DNA of 64,000 bases, from NCBI GenBank assembly GCA_052426225.1, contig JBNJNM010000023.1, positions 496,001 to 560,000 on the forward strand, written 5' to 3'. The DNA is from Zancudomyces culisetae HAW-14-8. Its lineage: Eukaryota; Fungi; Kickxellomycota. The notes under the pieces were generated by a model that worked only from the letters and a program-made list of their open reading frames with translations, made no database searches and had not been told where the DNA came from. Shown here piece by piece: positions 62,301-64,000 of this stretch; positions within the stretch are counted from its first letter, which is position 1, and each line of letters opens with the position of its first letter. The position numbers and the translations under genes were made by a program.

Positions 62301-64000
62301 ACAATCTTTCTAAAGGTTTTATCGAAAACTCCACTTCAGAAGCTGGTGCACCCGTATTTTTTACACCCAAAAAAGATGGATCCCTTCGACTAGTAGTAGA
62401 TTACAGAAAATTAAATCTAATTACTCGAAAAAATCGATATCCACTACCACTAATAAATGAATTATTAGAACGAGTACAAGGCGCTGAAATATTCACTAAA
62501 TTAGATTTACGAGGCGCTTATAACCTCGTAAGAATTAAAACAGGCGATGAGTGGAAAACGGCCTTTCGAACCCAATTCGGTCACTTCCAATATAATGTAA
62601 TGCCATTTGGGTTGCCAAAGCTCCAGCAACATTCCAACATTTTGTGAACGATATTTTTAAGGATTTTATTAATATATTCATGGTAGTGTATTTGGACGAT
62701 ATTTTGATATTTTCAAAAAACAAAAACGAACATATTAACCATGTAAGGCTAGTCCTAAATAGACTTATCCAAAACAACCTATACGTAAAATTGGAGAAAT
62801 GTGAATTTAATCAAAAACAAGTAGAATTTTTAGGATATATAGTTTCTAACGAAAGACTACAAATGGACAATAAAAGAATTGAAACTATACAAAACTGGAA
62901 ACCACCATCCACAGTAAAACAGATACAAATATTCCTAGGATTTTCAAATTTCTATCGACGATTTATAGAAAATTTTTCCAAGATCATAAGTCCAATTACA
63001 AGTTTATTGAAAAAGAACGCACAATTCATATGGACACAAGTACATCAATGTGCTTTTGACGAATTAAAAGCTAAATTTACGTCCGCACCTATATTAAAAC
63101 ACCCAATACCGGATAAACCTTTTATACTCGAATGTGACGCGTCAAATTATGCGATAGGTGCCGTACTATCTCAAAAACACGACAACATATTACACCCATG
63201 CTGCTATTACTCGAGAACACTAAACGACTCGGAAAAGAATTATCATATATTTGAAAAAGAACTGTTGGCAGTTAAAGATTCTTTAGAACAATGGAGACAC
63301 TTACTGGAGGGCGCATCTCATCCTGTTACAATTATGACAGACCATAAAAACTTAGAATATTTTAAAGATGCTAAAATTTTAAACCAAAGACAGACCAGAT
63401 GGTCTCTATTTCTATCCAGATTTGATATTAATCTTATGTATAGACCAGGAGCTAAGAATGGAAAAGCAGACGCCTTGACCAGAAGAGAAGAACCCAAAGA
63501 TAAAATATCACAATATAATACTGACCCTATAATGACCCCAAAAGCAATAATTGGAGCTATTCAAACCAACACAATTGATAAGGAAATTAATCTAGGATAC
63601 ACAACTGAAAACATTAATAAAATACTACTTGAAAATAAAGAACTGAAACTAAGGCTAGAAAACGGTCAAATCTTAAATCATGAAAATAAAATATTTGTAC
63701 CAGAAAACGCGAGAAAACAAGTACTTGAAGAATTTCATGATACACCTCTAGCAGGACATTTTGGCACAACTAAAACATACGAATGCATATCGAGGAAATA
63801 TTGGTGGCCAAAGTTGAGAGAAACAGTAGAAAATTATATTAAAACATGCGAAACATGCAACAGAAATAAATACCAAACATCAAAACCAAAAGGATTTATA
63901 ATACCACTAGATACACCGGGAAAACCATGGGAATCAGTTTCACTTGATTTTATAACAGACCTGCCTAAATCTTTAGGAAATACTACTATTTTGGTTATAG
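59308..64000 (+). mobile_element. Ty3/Gypsy element, 5' LTR 59308-59575, gag 59634-60476, pol from ~60450 running off the window
   Basis: gag with [14 protein letters not shown], protease MVDTGA, RT (frameshift near 62615, then YLDD), RNase H (LECDASNYAIGA) and integrase HHCC start. LTR TGTCAGAAT...ATTCTTGACA. Confidence 0.93.
61417..61527 (+). repeat. 15-bp coding tandem repeat ([10 protein letters not shown]) in the protease-RT spacer
   Basis: About seven copies of AAACTACAGAC(C/T)AT(A/G). Confidence 0.9.

Overview
Eukaryotic, AT-rich fungal genomic DNA. Short GT-AG introns, a CBM19-like secreted protein, DIRS and chromovirus elements suggest an early-diverging fungus such as Kickxellomycotina/Harpellales (inference). 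The first ~27 kb carries host genes: a partial ankyrin-repeat gene, MMS19, an FG-nucleoporin of the NUP42/AMO1 type, a CBM19-like secreted protein, a 7TM receptor-like protein and a secreted Gly/Asn nonapeptide-repeat protein. Two DIRS1-like tyrosine-recombinase retrotransposons lie among them; one is full length with ITRs and an internal complementary region. From ~28.7 kb to the end there are no recognisable host genes, only nested decayed elements: LINEs, two Tc1/mariner elements, at least four Ty3/Gypsy elements and solo LTRs. These surround a ~4.4 kb extremely AT-rich block. Main observations: (1) paired terminal repeats differ mostly by A<->T transversions, not the C->T changes expected from RIP or 5mC deamination; (2) retroelement coding sequence fades into the AT block, a possible centromere core; (3) three different Gypsy families show Tf1-type self-priming PBS pairing; (4) -1 frameshift signals; (5) a structured GC-rich island in an LTR element 3' UTR; (6) a secreted GxxNxGxxN repeat protein. 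All alignments and counts were done by eye.
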